Shown: positions 27,890 to 39,700 of the stretch, one piece after another
Layout of the letters: every line of letters begins with the position of its first letter
Position numbering within the stretch: the first letter of the stretch is position 1
NCBI RefSeq assembly: GCF_964204645.1
Contig: NC_134027.1
Span: 5,240,485-5,304,484, forward strand
Origin: Tubulanus polymorphus
Taxonomy: Eukaryota > Animalia > Nemertea
Reading direction: 5' to 3'
Length of the DNA stretch: 64,000 nt
Translations under genes and position numbers: made by a program
The notes under the pieces: generated by a model
Databases searched by the model: none
The model's input: the letters and a program-made list of their open reading frames with translations, nothing else
Told to the model about the DNA's origin: nothing

Positions 27890-28318
27890 CTTATTATGAA
27901 ATGGCGCGATGAATTATAACAGAAATGATAAAAAGGCGCCCCCGCCAAAATGAACTTTCATTTTGGCGCCCCCACCAAAACGAACTTTCAACCACGTAAA
28001 AAAATTCTTTATATGCAAATTTATGCAAATTACACATAGGATCAACGCACCAAATTGAAAAATAATTTTTCTGTGGTTGAATGCTTGTTTTGGCGGGGGT
28101 GCCAAAACGTAAATAACCGCGCCAAAACGAAATAATCTTTGATTTGGTGCGTCAAAACGAACAGAGAAAATTGGACGTTTTTCGTTGTTTATGCGGGGGC
28201 GCCAAAACGGAATTTTCTTTGTTTTGGCGCGTTGTTTTTCGTTCTGGCGTTCTGGCGTTCTGGTGCCCTCATTTACATACCAGGAATTTTACGCTATGGC
28301 CCTTATCAGCCACCATAC
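27890..28318. mobile_element. Probable repeat or transposon fragment inserted in the pseudogene, with reiterated (GGC)GCCAAAA(CG) motifs in both orientations
   Basis: Absent from the intact gene copy. Motifs cgccaaaa/ccaaaacg and ttttggcg recur many times. Termini not resolved. Confidence 0.55.
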
Positions 28319-29141
28319 ATTCATCATATTCATTACTTCTAATAAAATGTACTTGTTTCTGTTGTTATCTTACTGCCCATATTTCCATCTTTTTCTCCTC
28401 CTGTATTTTCTGTGGTGTTCTCTGGATTTTTGTCAACAACAAGATTTTCATTTTTACCTCCGTAATCTCGATTTGTATCGGAATTATTGGATGGAGTCAA
28501 TGACTAAGGGTATCGATTCTTTCCCTGGAATATCTGAAGTCATATTTTTCGGATAAACTTTTATTTTAGAAATTCATCCACGTTAGACTGCGCTATATGG
28601 GAGAATGCAACGTTTACTATAATGAAATGACAGGTGCGCGCCAAAAGATTAGGCTATTCATTCGGTGGTCACTCGTTGCAACGTATTAACGTCCATGCAT
28701 AACTACTGTATGCAAAAATATGCGGAATAGACATTAATGCTATAAAGTTGGTGGACGGAAGAATAATTGATATGTAACACTGACGCATGGGGAACTCGTG
28801 TTTTGGTAATTGACAACCCCCAAGTATCAACGGGGTATTTATTAACGGGGAAATCAATACTTGTATAAAATCTGCAAAAAACCACGCGCTAATATCTCGT
28901 GTAAACGGTGAACAACTCGAAACAACGATTTTCCCCGAAACTGAATTGTAACCCATGCTTCATCAGTTATGGCACTCCCTCCTAAACAATGATCGCTTCC
29001 TTTTTGGCCAATGGGACGCATATTTGACGCATGCGGGCTTTGGCTAATTGACATATATATCAATAGCCGTCAATCGAAGCTTATCACAGTTCGCTAACTG
29101 AAATCTCGCGCATAAACTGATTTAGCTCTCGCAACATAATC

Positions 29142-31785
29142 ATGGATCAGAACGGATCTACAAACTGGAAGTGTAGCAATGGAGATCATCATCAGTACGA
29201 TGAGGATTGTCAGGCAGATGCCGTTATGATCAAACATACGTTTGAACCTGATGACGCCCTCATTTCCGTTGTCTCTAACTCATCAAGCAGATGTCATTCC
29301 ATGCCGCAGAAGACGACAAAAGAGCTGAAATTAATCCCGTTCAAACGTGCAGTAAGTATACGTAATTCACATGAGCTATAGCTAATAATAATGATGATAC
29401 CGAAATCACTATTCAAATATTCAAACTATATTTCATTTACAGGACACAGCATCGGAGTTTAATACGCAAATCGATACTATCTTTATATTCGATGAATGCT
29501 TTTTTGGTGCCCAGATCAAAACACAAAAAAGGGGATTTGAGTTTTTCCATACATTTGAAGCGGTTTCCAAAAATTCCGTAGCAGAAGGTCTCGATATAAA
29601 GTGAGTAAATCATTATAAGCAATAATCTTGACTATTAACATGAAATGATTAATTTAGTGCACTTCATATGGCCATAGATAACGACGTGGGTCAACTGATA
29701 AAGATAGCTTTCCCGAATTCCCTTAATTCGTCATTAATCGTGAATCAAAGAGATAATTTCGGATTTTATAGCCAGATAGAAAAGTAGTAACCCGTAACTG
29801 GGTTTTCTAATCGTCTTGTAAAACCCAGCTATACTATAAAGTCAGAAACACAGAACTCCGGTTAACATTGATCGAGAGCAATTGATCGAACACATCTACA
29901 AGTGCTTTTTTTACAGAGACGGCGACTATCTACTGATGATAAATGAGAAAAATGTTTGTGACATTGATAACAAAGGGGTCGTGGAAAAATTCAATCAGTT
30001 GCAGACGGATACAGACATTAAACTGGTAAGGTCAACAGCTTTATCGCAACAATATTATTTTCTATTTGTACTATTCATTATCGGTTTTAACCAAAAAAGG
30101 CAATATAATCCGTTAGTTCATCCGGTTTACTAGGTAGTACTTAAACTATATATTTCCGCTCGTGATGCGGGTGCACTAGAACATCTATCAAATTATCACT
30201 ACATTCAAGGACAATGAACGAACTTCGAGTGGCTTGAATATTGTGCAGTAACAACGTGCCACATATCATTTTGTTATGTACTGTTTTGTCCAGGTGACAT
30301 GGCAAGAATCGGAAGTTTCGCAACCACCTTTCACTACCATCAAGTTCCAATTGCATCGAAATTCGGGTACGACTTATTTTTGGTTTTCTATTAGATATGA
30401 AACTATGTAACTGGTAATGTGAATGTTTTCAATACAACATCCATCGGAAGGTCAATTAGTTTTGAATTATAGGCGTCATTTTGGTTTACTTTCTAGCTTA
30501 AGAGATAAATGGGGTTTACAATTTCATGAAATGTGGAAAGGCAGTTCAAGAATCATCCCTAAAACTGAAAAACCTGTTTGATACCATAAAATCATCCTGA
30601 TATTCACGATGACTTATTTTTTCATAATAGAGATAGGGGTCCTTTAATCGGATTTCGCGCAAAAAATTAATAGACATATTAATTTTTTTAGGTATTATAG
30701 CGCCCTGTGAAGATATAACAGTGAAACACGTTACGCAATTGCAATCTCAATCTGTACCCATTGTCAGCAAGATTTACCTGTCCAATACTACACATGAGAT
30801 GCGACAACAGACGCTATATATAGTACCACGTCGTGGGGCAGTGTATCGAGAGGAACGTAAAGCCGGTGACAAATCTTGTAAGCATATTGAATTATTATGA
30901 TCTATACTGGTTTTGTGCATGACTGAGAACGACGACTTTCCGACGTTTTACCTACAATTTAGTAGCGATATTTTGGAGCAAAGGAAATGTTGCAAACACG
31001 AGCTAACAGGGTCAATCCCTATTTTAGGATTAAAGAAAATACAATGGGCCATATCAATTAAATATAAACTTTCATCGAGCGTGTATTTACAATGTACTAC
31101 TCGTGCAAGCATTATTTCTTATCCATAAAACCAATTGTACCTGTATTATGATATTATGAACTATCAATATTTAATCATTATGTCTCGATTTTTAGTTGAA
31201 CTGTATCATACGGCAATCTATGCGATTGCAAAAAACAATTTCTCATTGATTGAGCGGCATCAGTTCTCAACGAGAAATCCAGACAGCGGCAAAGCACAAT
31301 TCCTTTGCTACCCAGACGATGGAAAGCCCAACTTAAGGTTTGCGGTACGTACAAAATCATGATCCACTTAAATTCTTGTAAAATTGTGCTAAAAACCAGG
31401 TATGAACCACAGCATTGAAAGATAATCATCAGCAATTGATACCGTTCGTTTATAGAAGAAAGGAAAAGATGATCCAACCACCTTCTTCGAAAAGAAAATG
31501 GACTCTGATGTAATAGGCGGAGAATTCTACTTGCGATGCGCTGAAGGTAAAAAACGGTGCATATGAAAAGAACGCCCGATTTTGATGGAACTCCGTGTAG
31601 ATTGTGATACTATTTTCCTGTTGTTGATTTCTATTTCACTCCTAGGTTCGGACGATGGCGAAATATTTGTAAGTGCCCACAATCCGGAAGACGTGCAATC
31701 ACTTTGCAATCTAAATGTTAAACGCAGCGAGGGTATTCTGATTTTCGAAATTTTGAAAATCACTAACGATGGTAACGCTCGTTGA
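29142..31785 (+). CDS. PDZ-domain plus putative IL-1-like beta-trefoil protein, 371 aa, 8 exons (29142-29351, 29443-29600, 29917-30025, 30294-30366, 30692-30877, 31196-31344, 31456-31546, 31646-31785)
   Basis: All seven introns are GT-AG and the phases chain (0,2,0,1,1,0,1) into one 1116-nt ORF with no internal stop. The PDZ signature VSKNSVAEGLDIKDGDYLLMINEKNV spans exons 2-3. The C-terminal ~170 aa has short beta-strand patterns resembling IL-1 (QFLCYPDDGKPNLRF; DPTTFFEK; IFVSA; ILIFEI). The gene structure is well supported; the IL-1 assignment is inference. Confidence 0.75.
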
Positions 31786-31828
31786 TCTGAGAAAATATCA
31801 TTATATTTATCAACATATTCATGTTGAT

Positions 31829-31912
31829 ATCATTATTACGATTATTATTATCATCATCATTACCATTATTATCACCATTGTTATTACAATTTTTGTTACC
31901 ATCATTATTATC
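31829..31912. repeat. Degenerate (ATT/ATC/ACC)n trinucleotide microsatellite just downstream of the PDZ gene stop codon
   Basis: atcattattacgattattatcatcatcattaccattattatcacc...; it explains the poly-Ile ORF 31769-32056. Confidence 0.85.
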
Positions 31913-34900
31913 ATGTTAGTATTGTATTTTTTCCATCATGTACGTACCCTGGGTACAGCTAACTTGGTTCAAAGAAAAACACACGATACGTTTTATTGTA
32001 CAAGATTCAATGAAAATAACGTATATAGTGAAAAAATGTTTTATCATATTACGTAAAGGTGTGATAAGTGTGTTTTCATGTGTCAACTGCCAAACAATTT
32101 TCAATAAAATTAAATTGTAATTGTTCATTTTGTATTTTGTATTGTTTATATGTCCATTTAAATGAATTCAAAGTTTATCCAGGAAATAAAAAAGCGGATA
32201 CAATTCTATACACTTGGTTTCTTTTTGTTTGGCAACTCGTTTCCAAGTAGAAAGTACCGAGCAAGTTCTATAGGATATGACGTCACACACCACGCTACTC
32301 GCGGAGATATGTCTCGCGGTCTACAAGAGAAATCCCACAGAATGGGCATAAAACTATTAGCCATTATATGAGTAACAAACGTTGCTAACAATGTGTACTC
32401 TTTTGCTATGAACTTTCTTCATCTTTTGGCTGATTTATTGTGGGATTTCTCTCGCATATTCATCCTACACGGATATTGTTCATCACCTCGATTTGTCTCA
32501 CGGTCGTTTCTCCATTTGTTGTAGCGTATTTAGTCGAAATAACTGAAACGTAACAATTCTAGATCTGCCTTTAATAAAATCATGTTTAAAATGTCACACG
32601 GGCAAAAAGTGCTGTAAACCAATTTCTATACTGAAATAAATATTTTTTATATGAATAAACCATCCATCAATAGATAACCTTACATTCGCGACTTTCCATT
32701 CTGAACATTCGCAATATCTGACGAAAGTGAAATACAAGTTACTGTTGTTAGTCGCTATAATTCTTGATTCTTAAAAGTAGAAAAAAAACTACTTTAGACT
32801 GAATATGTATGAATACATGTGTGTGTTATTTATAGGGGTGGTATATAGCAGTAAGGTATTCTGGTCCGCGGGATCGAGTTAGGTTGGTGTCGATTTAGAT
32901 CATTTCGATACGCCCCCATATTCAGTTGATTGCGAGCTGTTCCCTTTAGTAGCCGTAGGTCATCTTGTATATACTTACGTGTATTACGTTGTTGTATAGG
33001 CCAGACCAGCTGCCGCGGAGCATTTCGCGTTTCACTGAAGCCTTTGTCCGTTCCGTTTGGGTGTTGGCTCGGGAGTATTCTATGAGGTAGGCTCTGACAA
33101 ATTTCAACTAAATTTCTATTTTCACATTGAATAAATTTAACTATGTATACTTAGTAAAGTGTTAAATTTGAAACCGTCTTGCTAAGGTTAATGCTCTGTG
33201 AGTAAACTAGGGCCAAACTGTTGCAATGGAAAATTGCGTCGGAAATCTTTTGGCTGATAGATGTTTTCAGGTTCTATAGTTCTATATAAGTTCAGCAAAG
33301 TAAAAATCAACTTTATTTTGTTGATATCTCTCTGGTATCAAATAATTAATTGCTAATTATGTTATATAAAACGCCGCTTAGGGCGAGAAAGAAACGTTGG
33401 ATAGATCTTTTAGTAGTCAAATGATTACTCCAAGGGTATACATATAGATATATTGTTTCGAAAAAGTCAAAAGCTAAAAATATTTTGATCTCTTTTAATA
33501 GCGAATCTTATAATTTTCAATGCATACGTAAGCCAGTTATTTTAAACCAGCTAAGCAAATTCATGTTAAGCTTCTATCAGATATGAATTGATAAACATGG
33601 GGAGAGTTTCGTCTTCGTTTTGTAATTCGCGGAATCATAAGCCCTATAGCATTCTGAGCAGAAACCATAAAACGTTTTTACGTCAATCATTTCTGGTTCC
33701 TTTGTTGCGTCGTGTTCAATTTTGCATCCGACCTTGAAATGATAATTGTATTGCAATTGAATAGACTTGACCGTTTTTGGCATCATGACACATGTGGGTG
33801 TCATTCCGTGTTACGTATGTATATATTTATTAAGATATTGGTAGGCGAGTTGGTACTAGAAGGTATTTTGTTTAAGCCTAATGCCTAGAATCTTGTTTTC
33901 TAAACTATTTCTTGCTACAAACTTTAAGCATTCCACCATGTATTTCATTGCAAACAATTTTTATTTTACTGGAATATGAACATTCCGTAAGCTTTCTTAA
34001 CTTGTGAAAAATTGATATTGCTTTCTGTATCGTATTTGACGTAAACCACTTTTTAGCAGGTGAACCTGACCTTGGTGTAATGAAGACCTAATGTACGCGC
34101 ATCATTCATGTGAAGACCGACACCTTGTTTGTAGGTTGAAATTAAAGAATCTCGTAGAGAATCAACTCGTAAACGGGATGCATTTAATATGGTCTCATTT
34201 ATAGGAAGCTAAGCTATGCTTTCGTTTATACTGCACTATGTTATTCACATTTGGCTTGAGGTTACGCGTACTTTGTTATTCACTACGTAATGGTATGGAA
34301 TGGTATAAGTATTGATTAGGTATTGCAAGCGAGTTCAAAAGTGCATTGTCCAGTTCGCCCTGACAGTACTGTCGCCAAGGCGACATATTCCGCGATTACG
34401 TCATGAATCGATCGCCCGTTTACATTTATTATTAAAGATTTAGCTGTAATCGCGGTTTAGTCGTCTAAATTTTAAGCGCGTAACAGAAATATGCTGATAT
34501 TTTATCCCAAAGCCTAGAAGACATCATTTCACACGATAGTATTTATTCACTGCCTTCTGTGGAGAATAACCTTCGGTTACATTTCCAGCCCTTTTTGTTT
34601 CCACCCTTTCATTCGCCGCAAATTATTGTTCAAGATTCCAGGCTGCTTAATCAATATTTCACGATGCCCTTTGTTTGTGCGCGAAAGTTGCGTCGTTTTG
34701 GCGCAAGTGAAGCGCATAAATAATTTGCGTTATTGTTGTGAATAATTTATCAAGCGCATTTGATATATTTCTAAGATGTGTTCACGTATATATAACAACT
34801 ATTGTATTGCCTGTAATAGGGGAACAATTTTCACTCGGGAGTATGTTTGGAAATTGTTGCTTGATTGTGCGCGCCAGTAGGTTTCACGATGTCATTAACA

Positions 34901-36773
34901 CGCATGTACGTACGTGTAGGACGAGGTGACCGGATGCTGAATGAAGCTTTAGATGTATGAAATGTTCTAAAAGTTTGGATTTGATTATTGCATGTTCATT
35001 GTGATATTCCTCCACAGGAAAGCTACTCGGTACACACGTAATCACACGCACTGTATTTGCTTCTATAATATCTGCACAAATCTCTCATATCTCCATAGTT
35101 ATGTATATACCTTTAATTTTGCAGCTAAATTAAATCTCCACGCCATGCTTATCGCTTGTTCAACCCCTGAATGGCACTAGTAGAATTCACGGTGATACTG
35201 TGTCCGTGGATTCACCAGTGTCGTACAGGGTTTGCGCACCCTTTCTGCTTGCAAGTCACCCGACAGAGCCTTGGTATTGCTGTTGCCGTAGCGAATTCAG
35301 CTTTGAAGACCTGAATAAATATATTCTGGTTATGGAATTTACAGTGAGCGACTGGGCGTAGTTCGATTGCTATCGATGGTGAGGTGTTTATCTGATCATA
35401 CCCTCTGGGGCCGATTTTATTTCAGTCACGAATCGAACGAGTAATAATTCTGATCGGAGTTTCTAAAAGTTTCTTCATTCTTGGCACTGACAGAATTCAC
35501 TGATAGTTTTGGGTCAGTAATTCTTCAGTTCCATCAATCGTATGAAACACTAATCAACAATGAAGATATGATGGTGCATTTACTCGCCGCCGCTAACAAC
35601 CATCCAGGATGCCGAATTAAAGAATAATGGCTAATTTGGTATCTTCCCATTTTGTAAAACGTGAATATGATTGTAAAAATAGATGGTTTGAATAAAGAAA
35701 CTCTCTTCGGAGAATTACATAAGGTGATTCAATAATTGTCGTATAACTCAATCAGTCAAATTGTTGTTCGATAAATGGGTTTTCTTGGAAAATATCTCCA
35801 ACAAAGGCACAATTAGTTCAGACAGAGCGGTGGAAACGAAATAGTCGAATGCGTACACCAGGTCCACGTATCAATCACGACGATGATAGCCTTAGCCTGT
35901 GCGTTCCCACGATTTATATAGTACAGATAATCTCGAAATTATTGGCTGTACTAATGCAACAATGAATAATAACTTCGAAGAACCCAATTCTCGGATGGAG
36001 GATAGTTATTGTCCGGTCGATTTTGACATGGATTATCGACTGCGTTGCTGTTCACATGAACAAAGCGCGTGTTTTCTCTTTCCCGCGTAATCAGAAGGCG
36101 CGGCACAACATTCACTGCGCTCACGGCCAATTGATGCCGAGTCGAATCACCATCGTGGTCAGCTTGACGTGAGTACGCTTGAGTTGAACGTACGTAGCAA
36201 GTAAAGTGCGACTTTTTGGAAAACATTGTCAAGCCCGATTTGTGCTGCCGTCAACAACTTAACAGTTAGTTCCGTCATTGCGAGAAAATACATAAGAATA
36301 CAGGCACCCGTCGCTCTTTCCCAAACAAAAGTAGGAAAGTTGTCAGTTGAGTAGTTTCAGTGTTGTTGTCAGAGATAATTCGGAATCCGGCCCGCTAATC
36401 GGTAAATGGTCTGTCCACTACGGCCGTTTAATGACTCTGGCAAGCGAGTATTATGTTAGTTCACGTTTCCCCCGCTAACGTTATACATAGGGGCAGCATT
36501 AGACGGTCAGATCTCTGACCTCCCTATTTTTGCCGTCACGCGCTTATGATTTAGTCAATTGAGATTATCCTCGAAATTAATCAGGACATTGAAGCCTCTT
36601 TCTAAATAGAAATGATTCTTAATCTACTTTTGATTTTGGTCGAATAGATTCTTCTATAGAAGAAGTAGCACCGCCCCGCTTGCCTTCCAAGGCTCCGCGA
36701 CCATTAAAAGCTAGCACTGGCATGTGAGATTTTTAACGGTGATAGATTAATCTACTGTCAGCGACAAATAAAG

Positions 36774-39700
36774 ATGGCAGTGAGATGGAGCAGCGAAAAT
36801 GTAGTTGCAGAATACAAAGATTTGCAGGTAATTAAACGCATTTTACTGCAATAATTCTACATCTGGAAATGATTAAGTTTTATTTTGATAGTTAATAGAT
36901 ACTGATTCAATGATTAGTCATACTGTCACAGAGATCCCTTAAAAACATTTTATTTACCTCAATACAATATCAACTCAACTTTATTGTCATTGAACTTGAA
37001 TTAAATCTTTAAGTGTCACCCTATCAGTGAAACATTTAGTGCCAGGTACCGGTGGTGGGATTGATCTATCAACTATAGATATATATTAAACTTGTTTAAT
37101 TCTGACTGACAATTCATTTAGTTCCGAACGAAGCCGTAACCCTACTTTTATAGCAATAAGCAATGATCTCGGTTCATCTCGGTAAAATACGTCATCTCGG
37201 TAATAAGGATGACCGCTTTGAAATGATATAAAATGGAAATGCACCAGTGATAAAACATAATTCGTGATTCATAAAACATAAAACATAACCTCTAAGTTAT
37301 AATCTAATCCACAAATAATTAGTCTGAATACCAGTTGTTGTTACGGTTCCGTACAACGTCTGACGCTAAAGTATTATATAGAGGTTAACTCCTGTTAATT
37401 GCAATGCAACAACTGATTTTAGTGTCAAATCAAACCTTTGTACTAAAATAAATTAATTAGTTACCTTGTTGACTTTGAAAACGTGTTTTATAATAAAATT
37501 TTTGATGATTTAAATCGCGAATCGGAGAATTTATTGATTTGATTTGAATTGAATTGATTGCCACTATCGGGATTTCCAATACAGACTAAATTAATAAAAT
37601 GTGAAAATTCAATATGTCTCTCTAAAATTACTCTAAATGTTATTTTTTGTTGATAAAACACTTAAATTTTGGTCAATTTTAACCTTAAAATTTTGAAACA
37701 AGAATAACATCTGCATTGGTATCAATGTCAGTCCAAGTTAAGTTCGAATCCGTAATTTACACTCCCATCATGCACCACGAAAAGCCGCCATATTTGTTAT
37801 GGTGCCTCACTTCAACTAGTCAAAAGTTTTGAGCTACTACGATTGTCAAAAGCTACTTAGGATTACAAATTTATGCACAAACAATAGTTAACTTCCATCT
37901 GATTACAGAACAGTCAGTTTGAGGTAAGTTGATGGTGTTTTAATGGGTGAAATAGACGCTCAAAGCCTCATCCCTCAAAATGAGGGACGAAAATTAACCT
38001 TATATGAGCACTTTCGCCCTTGACGTTGTTTCAGGAACAACGGCTAGGTACTAGACTAATAAATAATATGTCCTACTTGATAATATACCCAACTTTACCA
38101 CAACCCTTAGCTAAAAGATGACTTAAACTGCTCTTGGCTTTTTTACAGGCCAATTGCATGGCAGTAGACTGTGTTGGCCACTATGGACTTCTTGGAGGGT
38201 AAGTTTTTGATGATGAGAATTCTGTATAATCCCACAGACCGACAGCAACACTTTGATTTGATTTGTCTCAGTTAACTATATCAAAACCTGCCTAAGCCTG
38301 ATGTCATTGACATTGGTGCCTCATTTGACATTTTTAGGAGAAGATTGTTGGCGTTGGTTGACCTTCACAAGCCATCCGATGCAGTCAAGAAATTTGCACG
38401 GAACAGCAAATGGGAGATCAGTGCTATGCGCTGGAATCCACATCAGTCGCATGGAAATCTTTTTGTAACCGCTGTATGTAATGAACATTATCAATGACGT
38501 TTTATGAATAGGGCTTTAGGTACCTAAGTAATATCCTGAATGTGTAAGTGGTTTTCTTTGATTTCTTGATTCCAGTCCAATCAAAGAGCAGATATATTTG
38601 CCTGGGCTGAAGGCCAGGCTGGTACAAAAGCTGGTTTAAAATCTCACACTAGAGTTATAAGGTTTGCATCATACTGCGATATATTGGCATTTATATTTGC
38701 CATAGGCCTGTATACCGGTATATGCTGTAATATATTATAGCATCTTTTATTTTTCAATTCTCCAGTGATTTGGATTGGTCACCGTTTGATCCAAATATTC
38801 TTGCCACATGTTCAATGGACACATTCACCTTTCTGTGGGATATCAGGTAACTATATCTTCGAAAACCATCCATCATGTGTGTATTTTGCCTGCATTGAAA
38901 ATGAATTGATGATTTCAATAAATTTATAGGGATGCTCGACGACCTCATGTATCATTACAAGCTGTAGGTACGTTTTAGAAATACGAAGTCTATAGACACC
39001 CAAACCTGTAGAGGCCATAATACAGTTTTCAGATAGGATATCAACCTATGTTGAGATATAATCTCTATTTTTCAGCTGGAGTCTCGCAGGTTAAATGGAA
39101 TAAAGTGAATACCAATCTGCTGGCTACAACACATGATGGTGACATCAGAATATGGGATCCTAGGGTATGTTAGCTCTTACACTTGTATAGTATACTTATT
39201 GTTGAACAAGTAAAACTTGTTGCGATTGAAAGTGTTTCATTGTTAAATTGTATATAATGTTTAGATGTCATACCAGCCTTTATTTATGGTGGTAAGTATT
39301 GATTAGAATTGGTGCTTCAAAGCGTTGCATGCTACAAAATTCAGATTTAGATGCACCATCCATTTCCGACCAAGCAGTTATCATCCTAGCAATGGGTCTA
39401 TAAAACTTGGAAGATTCATTTCATGATATGATTATCATAGATATACATCATAATGCGTTTTGAATGAATATTTTTTTTGGTGAAGGCTTTTGTGAAATAG
39501 AAAATGATTGATTGTAATTTATCAACATTGCTGAAAATAATCAGATTTTTGTATGATTTCTTAAACCTTAAATAAGTACTTTCAATCATTATTTTGTCAC
39601 TTCAAGGTCTGTTTGTAAATCTATGTTTTCCATTACATTTCCAGAAAGGTACTTCTCCAGTGCAATATATCGCAGCCCACTTGTCAAAAATACATGGCTT

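Larger units (their letters stand above)
25527..28780 (-). pseudogene. Decayed tandem duplicate of the SLC18B1-like gene
   Basis: Colinear with about 21364-25510. Lesions relative to the intact copy: loss of the 3' part of exon 1 and exons 2-4 (replaced by a repeat at about 27890-28318); an 8-bp deletion removing a splice donor near 27445; a 4-bp frameshifting deletion near 26260; deletion of late exons near 26080; a MITE insertion at 26801. Confidence 0.85.

Noticed and set aside
31769-32056. Poly-Ile/Thr 'membrane protein' ORF
   Set aside because: It is the translation of an ATT/ATC microsatellite just downstream of the PDZ gene stop codon.
34850-35486. Possible selenoprotein: one spliced minus-strand frame is interrupted only by TGA codons
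   Set aside because: No resemblance to known selenoprotein motifs, and the nearest ATGA...AAA downstream lacks canonical SECIS spacing. Probably chance.
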